In this document: positions 51,001 to 62,990 of the stretch, one piece after another
How positions within the stretch are numbered: position 1 is the first letter of the stretch
Layout of the letters: each line of letters opens with the position of its first letter
NCBI GenBank assembly: GCA_050575255.1
Contig: JBNZDD010013628.1
Coordinates: 839,396-903,395, forward strand
Origin: Harriotta raleighana
Lineage: Eukaryota
Length of the DNA: 64,000 nucleotides
Direction of reading: 5' to 3'
Notes under the pieces: model-generated
Seen by the model: the letters and a program-made list of their open reading frames with translations, nothing else
Database searches by the model: none
What the model was told of the DNA's origin: nothing
Program-made: the position numbers and the translations under genes

Positions 51001-52899
51001 TAACCAATGTATTATTTTCCAGCCTTTGTTGAAGTCAACAACAATCGTGGGGAAAAAAATGGAAAAAAAAAACAGTTGAGCTATTCATCATTTAGTTGTT
51101 TTAATGAAAAGTGCTCGGTCGCAGTTTAAAATAAACCCATTAGTGCATTTGAATCCAAGTGCGCTATGGCAGCATGACACTCGCAGTGCACACAGGAAAT
51201 GGATTTTAAAGAAGCTGTTCAAATATTTTAAGAGTGTTGATTTACTGTACCTGCAGCTCCACAGAACAAATATTGTCAATCTTTCTTCAAGATACAGTAA
51301 ACTTGGTGTTGGATAAATTTAAACAGTCCGACTGCCACAACATCTGTGATTTGAAGATTTTAATTCCACTGAAGCATATGTCGAGCAGCTATTTTAATGG
51401 ACGTAAACCCTTTAATCTGAAAGGACCAAATAATTTCTGGGCTGTCTCCGTTGAAAGCAGTTAATAATATGACAATGTAAATGTCATGAGTATGTTTAGC
51501 ATACCTTTAATAACATTTGCATGCGCTTTTAAATGTTGAACAATTTACAGTTCGTGAAGCTGGATGTTAAATTTTTAATAACAGAATGACAAGTAACAAT
51601 AATGTAAACATGTATTTTACAGCTGGCAGGACTTTATTTCTGTCAGTGGATTCATTAATGGATTCTTCTGAGATTTTTAAAAATGTTTTTGTGTTAGACA
51701 AAGCATAAATTTATAACTATTCTCTTTAATTATTTACAGCAATAATGTAGACAAGATTTAATGTGATTTGTGAAGAAGAGTGGCAATTCTGTATGCACAT
51801 GATTGGCTTGGAAGCAATAGATTTAAACTAGTGGACTGGATTTAATTCAACCATAGAATCCTCTCCTGTGTTGCCCTCTTACCACAAACTTCAGTTTCTA
51901 AGGAACTTTGGCTCTCGGTGTACTCATACAAGCCTAGTTATTTCATTGTGTTTTAGAGCAGGAGCTTGAACCTCAAGAATTTAAACACTCAAACAGAAGA
52001 GCGTCTTTGTTAGTCTGCACAAGTGAAAGAGTTTCACTGCAGGAGGGTTCAGTGCAGTGTCATATTCAGCACAAATTTCAACTCTAGGATGGTTAGAATA
52101 CAACAACAACTAGCATGTATATAGCATCCTTCATGTAGGGTAACCTCTTACACTCATTATTAAAATAAACTCTTTTTTCTTTTCTAGGCACATGTGAGTA
52201 CATTATCCACAGTTTTTTTTGTTGCCAAAGGAGTTACAGACTTTATTCTATTGAATTAAGCAGTTAAGTTGTTCGTCCCAAATTTTAAAGTTTCTAAAAA
52301 AAATCCACCAAGCTTACTCCTCCCCTACCCTCTTGAATTTATTTGGCTTATTATCCCCCCTTCTACTGGGGGGGTCAATATTCCCAGATACTGGGCACCC
52401 TACTAGCAACTCAGCCAACTGAACATTATTCTACACAAGCATTGACTGTGAATGTTGGCAGGTTATTCATTGGCAGAGATCAAAACAAAACTTTATCCCA
52501 TTCATGTACAAAGTTCATAGACACATACCTTCCATCAGGGATCTCTGGATAGCAAGAAAATTGGCTGATTTTCCTCTGCATAACACATAGGTCATGAAGC
52601 TTGTTTAAACGCCACAATTCCTGCCTTGGCTGAGATCAATTAAATTAGCACCATTGCATTGAAATCTGCAATCACAGTTATTTCTTAAAGTAATAATCCA
52701 TGCATTTGTTAATAATAATAATTCTGGTCCTCACCTTCAAAGCCCTCCATGGCCTCGCTTCCCCCCAATCTCTGCGACCTACGTACAAATTTAATGTTGT
52801 GTTGTTGTTGCATTTGATATATAATAGTACCTTATATCGTTGAGTCATCTGTGTTCACTGTGTTGAAATTGACTGTATTTTGTGGGCAAAAGTAATGTA

Positions 52900-53150
52900 G
52901 AATCTTATCACGTTGAAATATCTCAAAGTGTTTCACAGTTTTCTGTAAAACTGCAGTAACTGTATTGTCTAGATGGATGCTCTTTGTGCACAGCAATGAA
53001 CAGCCATGAAGCTAATAACCAGGACATTGGGAAAAGTTCTCTTCTTTTTTTTTCAAATTGGGTTATGAAATCTTTAAGAACCACCTAAAAAACTAGCCTG
53101 AACCTCATTTTAATGTCTCATCTAAAAGGACTGAACGTCTGAGAATGCAG
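52900..53150 (-). mobile_element. Deu-type SINE
   Basis: ccaggacattgggaaaagttctcttc...tgaaatctttaagaaccacct...cctcattttaatgtctcatctaaaag. Confidence 0.7.
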
Positions 53151-53159
53151 CATGATAGA

Positions 53160-53427
53160 GCACTTTCCTCTGGAACTCCATCCCCCAGTGCCTTCGCCTC
53201 GCTTCCTCCCTTTCCTCTTTCAAGGCCGGTCTCAAGACCTTTCTCTTCGACCGTGCCTTCAACGCCCCTCTCGAGTCTCTACCCCCTCCTTGCTCCCACC
53301 CTTCCCCCCCCTCGCCCTGAACATTTTCCCTTGCTCGGGTCCTGAACCAATCTGTCCAGCGCCTTGGGACGTCCTCCTGACGTGAAACGCGCTCTATAAG
53401 TGTAATTTTGTTGTTGTTGTTGTTGTT
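53160..53427 (+). mobile_element. L2 3' end (type B)
   Basis: ctctggaactccatcccc...ttcaaggccggtctcaagacctttctcttcgaccgtgcc...tail (TTG)n. Confidence 0.9.
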
Positions 53428-53659
53428 CCTGGTGTTGCAGCGTAGTCTATAAGATTCAAGTCACAAGTTGGTGTCAAAGATGGGAGAGTGCTACCACCTG
53501 AAATTTTCTTTAGTAACATTTAGCAATGCAGTAATAAGAATGAGAGATCAACAGCAATCATGTATTGCTAGTTGCCACAAGTCAAGATATCAGTGGTGAA
53601 GGTAGGGAGAATCTCTAAATGCCACAACAGAATCATTGTCTTGTCGGGAGAATAAACCA

Positions 53660-54320
53660 TAGGAAGATAGGAATATAGGAACAGGACTTCCTATATTCAG
53701 TCCTCAATTAATCCTTTCAATTCCAATTTCCCGCTTTCTCTCCTTATCCCTTAACACCCTAACCCTAACCCAAAAATCTATCAACTGTATTTTTGATGGT
53801 GTGCATGGATCTTTAGGGGGAAAGAATTCCTAATTTCTACTGCCCTTTATGTGAAAAAATGCTTCCTGATTTCATTCTTAAATGCCCTTGGTTTGGATTC
53901 CCCCNTCAGAGGAAAGAGCTTATTTGTATTTACCAATCAAATTATCATATCATATNGTTTGGATTCCCCCATCAGAGGAAAGAGCTTATTTGTATTTACC
54001 AATCAAATTATCATATCATATTTAATACCTCAATCAAATCTTCCCTCAATCTTCTAAACTCAAGTGAATACAATCCATATTTTCTCACCCTTTCCTTCTA
54101 ACTTATTCCTTTTAGGCCTGGTAACATTCTGATGAATCTCTGCTATAACCCCTTCCAGGGCCAATATATCTTTTCTGAGATGTAGTGCCCAATACTGAAC
54201 GGAGTCTCCAGATGAGGTCTGACTAATGCTCTTTGCAGGAGAAGCATCATTTCGCCCCCCTTTGTATTCCAGAAATAAAGGCCAAAATTCCTTTCCCCTT
54301 TTCGATTACTTTTCCCACCA
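53660..54320 (-). mobile_element. CR1 3' portion
   Basis: ORF 54143..54355 RALVRPHLE; reverse-complement 3'UTR; contains a single-N duplication. Confidence 0.8.
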
Positions 54321-54349
54321 AATCTCTTTGCTAACCAAGAGATAATGAA

Positions 54350-55112
54350 CAACAACGATAAACAACTACAAAGACAAATTACTCATTTCATGTCAAAAAG
54401 ACTCTCCAGAGTCATGAACAATCAGGGGTTTAGGGATCGAGCTAGGTATTGGGCTGGGAGTGTGGCCGAAGGCACAATCAAAGAGGAAGGTCTTTAGATG
54501 GGACATGAGGAAACAAGAGATAGAGTGAGGTGGAAGGATTGCGACATCTCTAACACACGATAAGATTCATGTGGCAGAGATGCTGAATGCCCTACCTCCA
54601 AAGGTGAGGCGGGAAGGCAGGGGATCAGAAGCAGCGGTGTCTGGGAACAGGAGAGAACAGGTTTGATTGGTTCCTAGAACCTTGTGCGGGAGAGGACACA
54701 AGCTGCAGAGCAGTGAATTATCTGCAGTTTATGGAGCAAAGAATTGGAAAGTCCAGTGAGCAGGCAGTTGGCATAGTCAAGCCAGAAAGTGATGAAAGCA
54801 TTGATCCAAGTCATCTGTGGAGAGAGGCAGTGGTGGAGGAGAGCAATGTTGTGGAGGTGTGGAAAGACGGAACGGGTCATGGCACGGATGTAAGGTTTGA
54901 AGGATACTTGAGGGTGGTAAAGGACATGGAGATTTCAGATTGATAATTCAATATGATAATTCGGCTCAGTGAGATACAGAGTGCAGTAATGAATGATGAT
55001 AACATCAGCACTGAGGTGATGAGATGCTGCCGGGAGCCAAGCAGGAAGGCCTCTATTTTGCCAACATTGAGCTCGAGGAAGTTAGCTCTCATCCATGACT
55101 CGATGTCAGACA
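54350..55112 (-). mobile_element. Decayed L2
   Basis: MRANFLELNVGKIEAFLLGSRQ; INAFITFWLDYANCLLTGL...KLQII; (AAC)n tail near 54348. Confidence 0.85.
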
Positions 55113-56039
55113 GACAAAATTTGCCAGTACATCAAGTAAAACGATAATTTACACTTATACACTGTACCACCTTTCGCAAAATGAGAATGTCTCAAAGAAT
55201 TTTACAAAGACTAACATTGACATTGAATGTTGGCAGATCAGTCAATATTATGGGGAGCACAACAGAACCAATCCTAAACAGCTTTCAATTAGTGGCAGGC
55301 ATAATATGAAAATGTAAACTTAGCACAAATTAAGTTCTCTGGTTTTAATCACATGCAGTTAATTTGCTAAATTCATATCCATTTCATCAGAATATGTTAT
55401 GTTTGGATCAGGATTTTCCTGTGAAAACACAGGGAATTGGCAAATATTTGTAGCACTCTCCATTTAATCGTTAAGCAATCCGTTGAGAGAAAAAGGAACA
55501 AAAATATACATTCTGCATGTACAGGGTAACAGTTAACCCATTGTTGTTTCTTTACTGACTATAAAATCCAATACCATGTTCCCAACTTGAAAAGTGGTAT
55601 ACAAATATAATTTTGTTGTTGATGTTTTGGTTGATACTCTGCAATCGACTTCAATGAATCCCAAGCCAGGAATTGAAATGTGAGCCAGAATTCCTGCAAC
55701 TGATCAATATTGTTCACGTATAAAATAAACAGTCATTATTATATATCACATTATATCCTGTGAAAAGCTTTGCGATATCCTCCTGACTTAAAAAAAAACT
55801 GTCTCAAATGCGAGAATTATTATTACTATCCATTGATGCCTGCGACATGAAATGCGTTCTATAAATGTAATTTTGTTGTTGTTGAGGGGAGTATGATGCC
55901 AGGCTGTGATGTCACTAACAATTAAAAGCTCAACAGAACTCATGTGAAGAATTGTCACTTGGGTCAATTGTCAGCTGACCACTACCCCTGTAGATCAGTA
56001 CAGATCAGTAACTCTGCATGAATTAATAGTTTCCTGTGT

Positions 56040-56588
56040 GCATGGTTTGTCATCTCCTGACTCAACTTATTAAATTTTTACTGGTCTCAGCAAGTCCATC
56101 ATGCATAGGATCCAGTTGATCCAAAACTCCATTGGCCACATACGCACCTGTACTGAAATACTCCTATCTCACCAGTTCTCCACTGGCTCCCTGCCAGTGA
56201 ATGAAATGATTTCAAGATTCTCACGCTCATTTCCAAATCCCTTCATTCCCTGGCAACACCTTACCTCTCCACCCTGATTACTCTACAACTCCCACCTTCT
56301 GCCTCCACTCAACTGGCTCCAGCCTTCTGCGTGTCCACTGTTGGCTTCTTCTACCATTGGTGGCCACACTTTCAGATGCTACACCCTGAAATACTCATCA
56401 TGTATCCCTCTGCCTCGCTCCGTCCTTCACCATCTTCAAGTTGTGCCTGCAGAGCTTCCTATTCAACCATACATACCTACAGTCAGCTCCCCATTCTGTC
56501 CAGCTCAGAGTCATGCTCCATCACTATCAAGCACTCTGGGACACTATTGTGCATGATCGGCATGATATAAATGCAAATTGTTGTTGTT
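56040..56588 (+). mobile_element. Decayed L2 3' portion
   Basis: atccagttgatccaaaactcc (IQLIQNS), ctccactggctccct (LHWLP), gatttcaagattctc (DFKIL), tail gatataaatgcaaattgttgttg. Confidence 0.8.
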
Positions 56589-56871
56589 CAAATAAAAAGG
56601 GAGAAACTGGGCGGAAAAAAACAGGCATGTGGATTTGGGGATTGCATGTTATACCCGATTGGAGAATTCTTATAAAGGGGAGTGAAGGAGAAGTGACTTG
56701 TACATTCAAAATCTGTGATTAGTTCAGTATTTTGCTTCACAATGGTGTATAGTGAATGCAGAAACAATTACATTTTTCATTTATTTTAGTTTTCCCAACA
56801 AACATCCTTTGAAGATATTATTTGGAATCACCGAAGGTACAAAAAAGAAACGGACTTTCTGACCCATCAAA

Positions 56872-57610
56872 TCTGTGCTCCTCTACACTGGGGAGACTAA
56901 AGGCAGAATGGGTGACCGAGTTGCCGAACATCTCCGTTCAATCCGAGTTTCCCGTTTATTGCATTTTGGGACATCCTCCCGACGTGAAAGGCACTCTATA
57001 AATGTAATTTTGTTGCTATATTGCCACTTCAATTCTCCTTCCTTCTTGGCAGTCTGACCTCTCCATCCACGGTCTCCTACACTATTCCAATGAACCACAA
57101 CTCAGGTTTGAGGAACAGCACCTCATCTATCTGCAAGGGACCTTACAGCCCTCTGGCCTCTATATTGATTTCAACAATTTCAGACCACAGCAGCTCACTT
57201 TCTCTCTCTTCTGTGACCATTACCACATCATCCAGGTTCCAGACACATATTTTCTCTCTCTAGTGTGCTGGTCCTGTTGCAATTCCAGTCCCTCCATCTT
57301 TGTTTTGCATTATTAACACCTCTTCTCTCCAGTTTCTCCAGTTTTATTGCAAGCCCAAACCCCACCTACTGGTTTGCACCATTAACAAATGTTTAACCCA
57401 TCATCCCTTGTCCTCTACCCCATTTTCTCCTTTGCCTTCCTTGTCCTGTCTCTCCACTCTCTGATACTCCTTAAAAGCCTCTTACTCCCAATATGCCTCA
57501 ATTCTGATGAAGAGTCGTGAACTCAAAAGATTGATTGACATTTCCTTTCTCCATAGATGCTGCCTGACCCGCTGAGTGTTCTTAGTGACTTCTGTTTTTG
57601 TTTCAAATCT
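56872..57610 (+). mobile_element. Penelope-like retroelement remnant (GIY-YIG endonuclease C-terminus plus terminal region), with a solo L2 tail inserted at ~56957-57022
   Basis: LLYTGETKGRMGDRVAEHLRSIR, then HFNSPS, then EEQHLIYLQGTLQPSGLYIDFNNFR; terminal ctgatgaag...ccatagatgctgcctgacccgctgag. Confidence 0.88.
57498..57538 (+). ncRNA. Decayed minimal type I hammerhead ribozyme motif in the Penelope terminal region
   Basis: Stem I tcaatt/gattga; core CTGATGA; stem II GAGT-cgtga-ACTC; second core AAAAGATT in place of GAAACGTT, so probably inactive. Confidence 0.6.
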
Positions 57611-57769
57611 GTGCTGGCATTTCCCTTCATATGATCTATCTAGTGTAATGCCACTTTCCTGCTCATTCTCCACACATATGTTCTTTTTTCAATGTGATAA
57701 ACTTTTTAGATCACATGCACCTCACTTGTACAAAGTGTCATCCCTACATAAAGTTCTGTAGCATAACAT

Positions 57770-58138
57770 GGAGTCCTGTAGCTCAGTGGTTAGAGCACTT
57801 GCCTTGCAAACAAGACACCTGGGTTTGGTTCCCGGCAGGGTGAAATTTTGGGCAAGTTTCCTTAACTCCACACACCTCTGTTTACTGGGCAGTAACTAGG
57901 AACCTGGTTGTTAGTTGATCAGCAGTTAACTTATCCAGCGATAATAATTCTTCTTCCAAAAAAAATTTGGCTACTCAATCCATGACTTTTGTGGGACACT
58001 GCTGTGCATAATTGGCTGCCACGTTTCGCCCAACAAATATACAGTCAATTCATTTTACAGTATAGTCTGTGAATCGATTTGAGATGTCTAAAAGACATGA
58101 AAAGCGCTATATCAAATGCAAGGCTTATTATTATTATT
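57770..58138 (+). mobile_element. Full-length tRNA-derived SINE (holocephalan CmiSINE-like)
   Basis: Head ggagtcctgtagctcagtggttagagcacttgcc...ctgggtttggttccc; CORE-like ttgggcaagtttccttaactccacacacctctgttt; L2-like tail; (TTA)n end. Confidence 0.9.
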
Positions 58139-59559
58139 TTTACTTAATTTGCTTCATGGTTGTTTGTTAAGCAACATGCAAATTCACCACTATTTGTCTG
58201 AAAGTACACAGTCACACTTTACAGTAAAGTGTTTTGAATTATTTTGACAACTAAACAAGGTGCTAAATCAAATACGAGGATGATTATTGCCCCACTCTCC
58301 ATTGTGATTTTTAGAATCACATTACAACTATTTCAAATGTTCAAATGAGAACTATGTCAGTATCAGCTTTACACTAAACACTTTGCTGTGCTCTTTGATA
58401 GAATTCAAAGCAAAGAAAAAAACAAATGAAAAGGAGGGAGCAAATTACCCGAGCCATGCGATAGTTTTCAATGAATGATTTAACAGAATCAAATTTTGAT
58501 GTCTAGTATTTATTTTGTTTCCAGCAGATTGGTTGACCTTACAAGTTTGCAAAGTTAAAAATAGTTACGAATAGTTGCTTTTATGATTGCATTGAAGGAA
58601 CAAAGATAAACACTTAAAAGAGCTAATTAAAAGCTTTTTTTCACACTTTTAAACAGATGGATCATTCTTGAATACATCAACTATAGAGAAGAAAAAAATC
58701 CCATCAAATTCAGACAGTGTTTTGCCAACAACATTAGAAAATGTATTACAAGTTAAGTCCTTTTTCTGAGAACTTCAATTGGTGCCAAAGCTGAAAGCGA
58801 CATCAGAAAGACAACGGCTTATTTTTTCATGTCTCTCTGTAGTGCACTTCAGCCAGTACAAAAAGTTTAAATAATTAAATTGCTTTTTAAAAATTCTGGT
58901 CTATTTTCTGGAAGGTTTTCAGATTCATTTTTACCAGATATTTTCTCAATTCCATTTCCCCGAGAAACTGTGGAGCTTGTCGTGAATCCGCACGAAGCAA
59001 TGGCAATTCATTGTGAAAAGTGGCAGAGAATACACTTTTGGCCAACAACCCTCCACATAAAGTTGGTCATTCACCTCATGATTGTTTGTGGGACATTGCT
59101 ATATGCAAATTGCCTGCTGTGTTTGCCTAAAATTAACAATCACTGTATTACATAAGCTTTTACTGAAATGTCTTGGCTAGAGACAAGGCACTACATGAAA
59201 TACAAGGAATATTATTATAATTATGGGATAGGAGGAACCGATGTAAAGAATAATTTTGAATAATCGCAGGATCGCAATAATAAGAGTGAGGATTGACTGC
59301 AAACAAATCATAGATCATGGGAAGAATCAGCCTGGTGTCCACTGTTCAGTAGGTTTAGGCCTAGGTAATTTAAACTTTCATCCAACTTATAGTTGATGCC
59401 ATTACTAGGAGGATGTTGTATTGTTAGAGATGCTGTTCATCGGATAAGACGTTAAACTAAGACAGACCAGAAGGGGTTGAGGGAAGGAGTTCCAAAGTTT
59501 TGGGGTGCAGTGGCTGAACTGCTGTGAAATGCTATTCAAGCCAAGAAAGAAGTTACTCC

Positions 59560-60133
59560 AGGTCTCCCAACTCCTCCCCTTACAGGCTGCAGATCATTCA
59601 GAATTCTGTAGTTCGTGTACTCTCCCGCACTATCCTTCATGATCACATCACTCCCACCCTCGCCCGTCCACTGGCTCCCCATCCCCCAGAGGATCGAATT
59701 CAAGATCCTCGTCCTCACTTTCAAGGCCACTCACGGCCTTGCCCCCGCCTATCTCTCTGACCTGCTGTCTCCCTATCAGCCTGCCCGCCCCCTCCGTTCA
59801 GCAGACTCAGGCCTGCTCCATGTCCACCACCCTAACTGCCCAACCATCGGTGGCTGGGCTTTCAGCCTCTCTGTCCCCACACTTTGGAACTCAATCCTGC
59901 AGTCCCTCCACCTTACTTCCTCCCTTTCCTCCTTCAAGGCCGGTCTCAAGACCTTCCTCTTCGACCGCGCCTTTGGCTCCCTCCCTAACTCTTCCTCCTC
60001 TCCCACTCTCCTTCCCCCTCCCCCTAGCCCCGACCCTCCTCCCCACTCGGGTCCCGACCTGACTATTCATCGATTTGGGACGTCCTCCCGATGTGAAAGG
60101 CGCTATACAAGGGGAATTTTTGTTGTTGTTGTT
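59560..60133 (+). mobile_element. Young L2 3' portion (type B)
   Basis: RLQIIQNSVVRVLS; HWLPIPQRIEFKILVLTFKATHGLAPAYLSDLLSPYQPARPLRSADSGLL...FKAGLKTFLFDRAF; tail. Confidence 0.95.
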
Positions 60134-60251
60134 GATTACCAACAATCCCCCAGAACAAATTGGAAATTCACTTCATGGTTGTTTGTGGAACACTATGAGC
60201 AAATATTCTGTTGTGTTTGCCGACAAAATACACTACATCAACTACTACATT

Positions 60252-60544
60252 CCCTACCAACCTGCCCGCCCGTCCGTTCAGCAGGCTCCGGTTTGCTCCT
60301 TATCTCCTGCCAGACCCGCCTTATAGCCTCTCTGCCCCCCATACTCTGGAATCACAGTCCCTTTACCTCGCTTTCTCCCTTGCCTCCCTTAAGGCAGGTT
60401 TCAAGGTCCTCCTTTTCGATCATGCTTCTGCCACCCTCCCACCTCTTTCCCTCCCATCCCCTCCCGCCCCATGCTCGGGTCCCGACCGCTGACTGTTGAG
60501 CGCCTTGGAACGTGCTCTATAAATGTAATTTTGCTGTTGTTGTT
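60252..60544 (+). mobile_element. L2 3' end inserted into a SINE tail (~60165-60655)
   Basis: cctaccaacctgcccgcccgtccgttcagcagg...gtgctctataaatgtaattttgctgttgttgtt; SINE tail sequence on both sides. Confidence 0.8.
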
Positions 60545-60949
60545 ATCTGACAGTAAATCCTGTGATGTGCTATGTGATAACAATAACTTCCATTTATTGC
60601 GACATCCTTCCAATGGAAAAGGTAAGGATATATCAAATGTAAGGATTATTATAACATTATTATCAATGTGAGGTATAATGGTAAATAATCAACTGTCAAT
60701 AATCAAAGAGCCAACACAGACACAATTTGTGTTGTATGATTCTCAGTCAGCAACAATGAATGTGAGGTGTGATAGTGCATGATCATGGAATAGGATCAGA
60801 TAGCACAGAACAAGCGCAATCTCCATGAAATTAGTAGCAACAGACCACAGAACAAAACAACTGGCTTTGAAACCAGAGTAAAAGAGCAGTCAATTAGTCG
60901 GCAACCACAGATGTAGAACTAGGTGCAGGGATGGGAAACAGAAAGAGAA

Positions 60950-61120
60950 TCATTTCAATCTACAACTGTTTGTTGGGACACTGCTGCACCCAACTGGCTG
61001 TCGCGTTTCGCCCACAAAATATACAGTCAATTCACTTTACGGTATATTCTGTGAAGCCCTTTGAGACATCGAAAAGACATAAAAAGCGCTATATCAAATG
61101 CAAGGATTATTCTTATTATT
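60950..61120 (+). mobile_element. SINE 3' half
   Basis: gtttcgcccacaaaatatacagtcaattcactttacggtatattctgtgaag...aaagcgctatatcaaatgcaaggattatt. Confidence 0.85.
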
Positions 61121-62739
61121 ATAACCCAGAGATAATGCAAATACAACAAGCGTTTTGAAAAGCAATGGAATAATAAGGGCAATGTGTAGAATAAGGCCCT
61201 TTTTAACGTGCTGATGGAGCATCCTTTCGGAATTTTTTGAGGGAAAGTAAATGTCAGGGTACAGATCCCAACTGTGCTCTCAGTAAATCTGTGCTATAAA
61301 GCGATTGCACTCTATATTTTGCTCCAGTGTCACTCTACCAGGCGAAAAGACCACTTTTTGTCACCTAAACCAGGAGCTGGGCCAAAAATTGATACAATTC
61401 ATCCAGCTGAGAGGAAAGGTCAGTGAGTGCAAACTCACAACTTCCTGCGAGGAAATCAAACGCCCAACTGTTTGTACTCTCAGAAGTCATAGACAGCTCT
61501 CTGCAAATATTTCCAGTGTGGTGAGGTACTCCTTTTCAATCTGTTAAGAATGGATGGCTGACTTAAATTACATGTTTATAAGTTCTTTTTTTCTTGCAGC
61601 ACTTCAAACAGAGCCGGATTACCACTTATTCCATGCCCTTCTTAACATCACTGAAGCAGGGCAAAGAAAAGGACAGCAAGAGTCTCTGTAGTTAGGGGTT
61701 TCCTATTCCCCTCTGACAGACATAAACGCTGTATCTAAGTGCCGCGAGTAAGCAGTCATGTGGAACTTCCTTTCTGGCCTGTGTGGCTATTGACTCTGTT
61801 GCTTTCAAGGAAGCTGCAGGAACAACAGTATCAAAGTAACTGATTCACCTAATTGCAAAGAAAAAGTTATGTAAATGGTTAAATGCTGCAGGTCCCCAAT
61901 GTCAGATACCTGTGTGAACTTCACAGGCAGAGACCACACACCGTGCTTTGACTAATGAGGTAAGTGTTTTCAATATAGTTCAAACAGTTAAGTTTAAATA
62001 ATAGATTTAATCTGACAAGTGCACCAAGAAACAGATCATTGTTTTAAAAACTTAAACAGGGAAATCTGATGACAGTGAGACCAGGCACCTATCACTCAAC
62101 ACTCACACAGGATATAAGAGCCTGTCTTCAAACACAATGAATCCCACCAGTCCACCATTTAACCCTTTGGTGGAGAGGCAAGATTTTCTTTCACAGAATT
62201 TGGGGTTTAAATTATGGGATTTTTAATATGCGCTATTTAATGTGGAATCTGAGGGACATCTTCCAGTCACCAGTGACTTGACAATGATGACAGTGACAGT
62301 GACAATGGTGGGAATTCCCCACCTAGGAATCCCTTTGAGAAATGCAGTAAAATTAAACTACTTTATTCAGAGATGCGTTGGTTTGCAAGCGATTATATTG
62401 CCAAGTATTAACAACGCAGCATTTACATGTTAGACTGCAAACACTTAATAAAAGTTCTAGAATGTACTTTACTGAAAGTAAAAATATCACAACAATCTGA
62501 AATAATAACACCATCTACTGCTTAGGCCCTGTGAATTCATATTAAACTCCAGTTTGGCAATACAGTGAGGGCACATAAAATACTTTCTGATTGATTTTGG
62601 CATAAAAACAAGGGTTGAGAATCTATACTGAATGGCAGTATTTTGTAAGGAGCAGAGCAGCAAAGGTACTTGGGAGAGCAGCCCAAGTAGAAAATGCTGT
62701 GAAAAAAATTAATAACATTTTGAGTGTTATACATAAGGT

Positions 62740-62990
62740 ATAAAGTACAAAGCAAAACAATATTGATGGGTTTGTAGAAATCTTTAGTCGAGCTGGAGTA
62801 CTACTTTCAGCTTTGGCCACCATTTCTGAAAATAGGTTAAGGCATTGGAGAGCATGTAGGACAGATTCATTTGAATATGAGGGGATTTAGGTATATGAGA
62901 TTGAAGAATTCTGGTCTACTTTCATTGGGGCCGAGGAGGTTGAGAGGAGACCTGACAGAGATTTACAAAATTCTAATGCAAGGATACGGT
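62740..62990 (+). mobile_element. Old CR1 fragment
   Basis: SLGPRRLRGDLTEIYKIL in ORF 62871..63143; ctggagtac (LEY) upstream. Confidence 0.75.

Noticed and set aside
53757-53771. Telomere-like CCCTAACCCTAACCC
   Set aside because: Only about 2.5 units, inside a CR1 3' region
53891-54021. 65-bp duplication inside a CR1
   Set aside because: Ns at 53905 and 53956; artefact
57770-57840. tRNA gene (also heads at ~33179, ~37712 and ~38479)
   Set aside because: A tRNA-like A/B-box head continues directly into SINE body and tail, with no intact acceptor stem
59615-60499. Longest ORF (294 aa) as a host gene
   Set aside because: It reads through L2 ORF2, the L2 tail, a SINE piece and a second L2; a chance fusion of repeats
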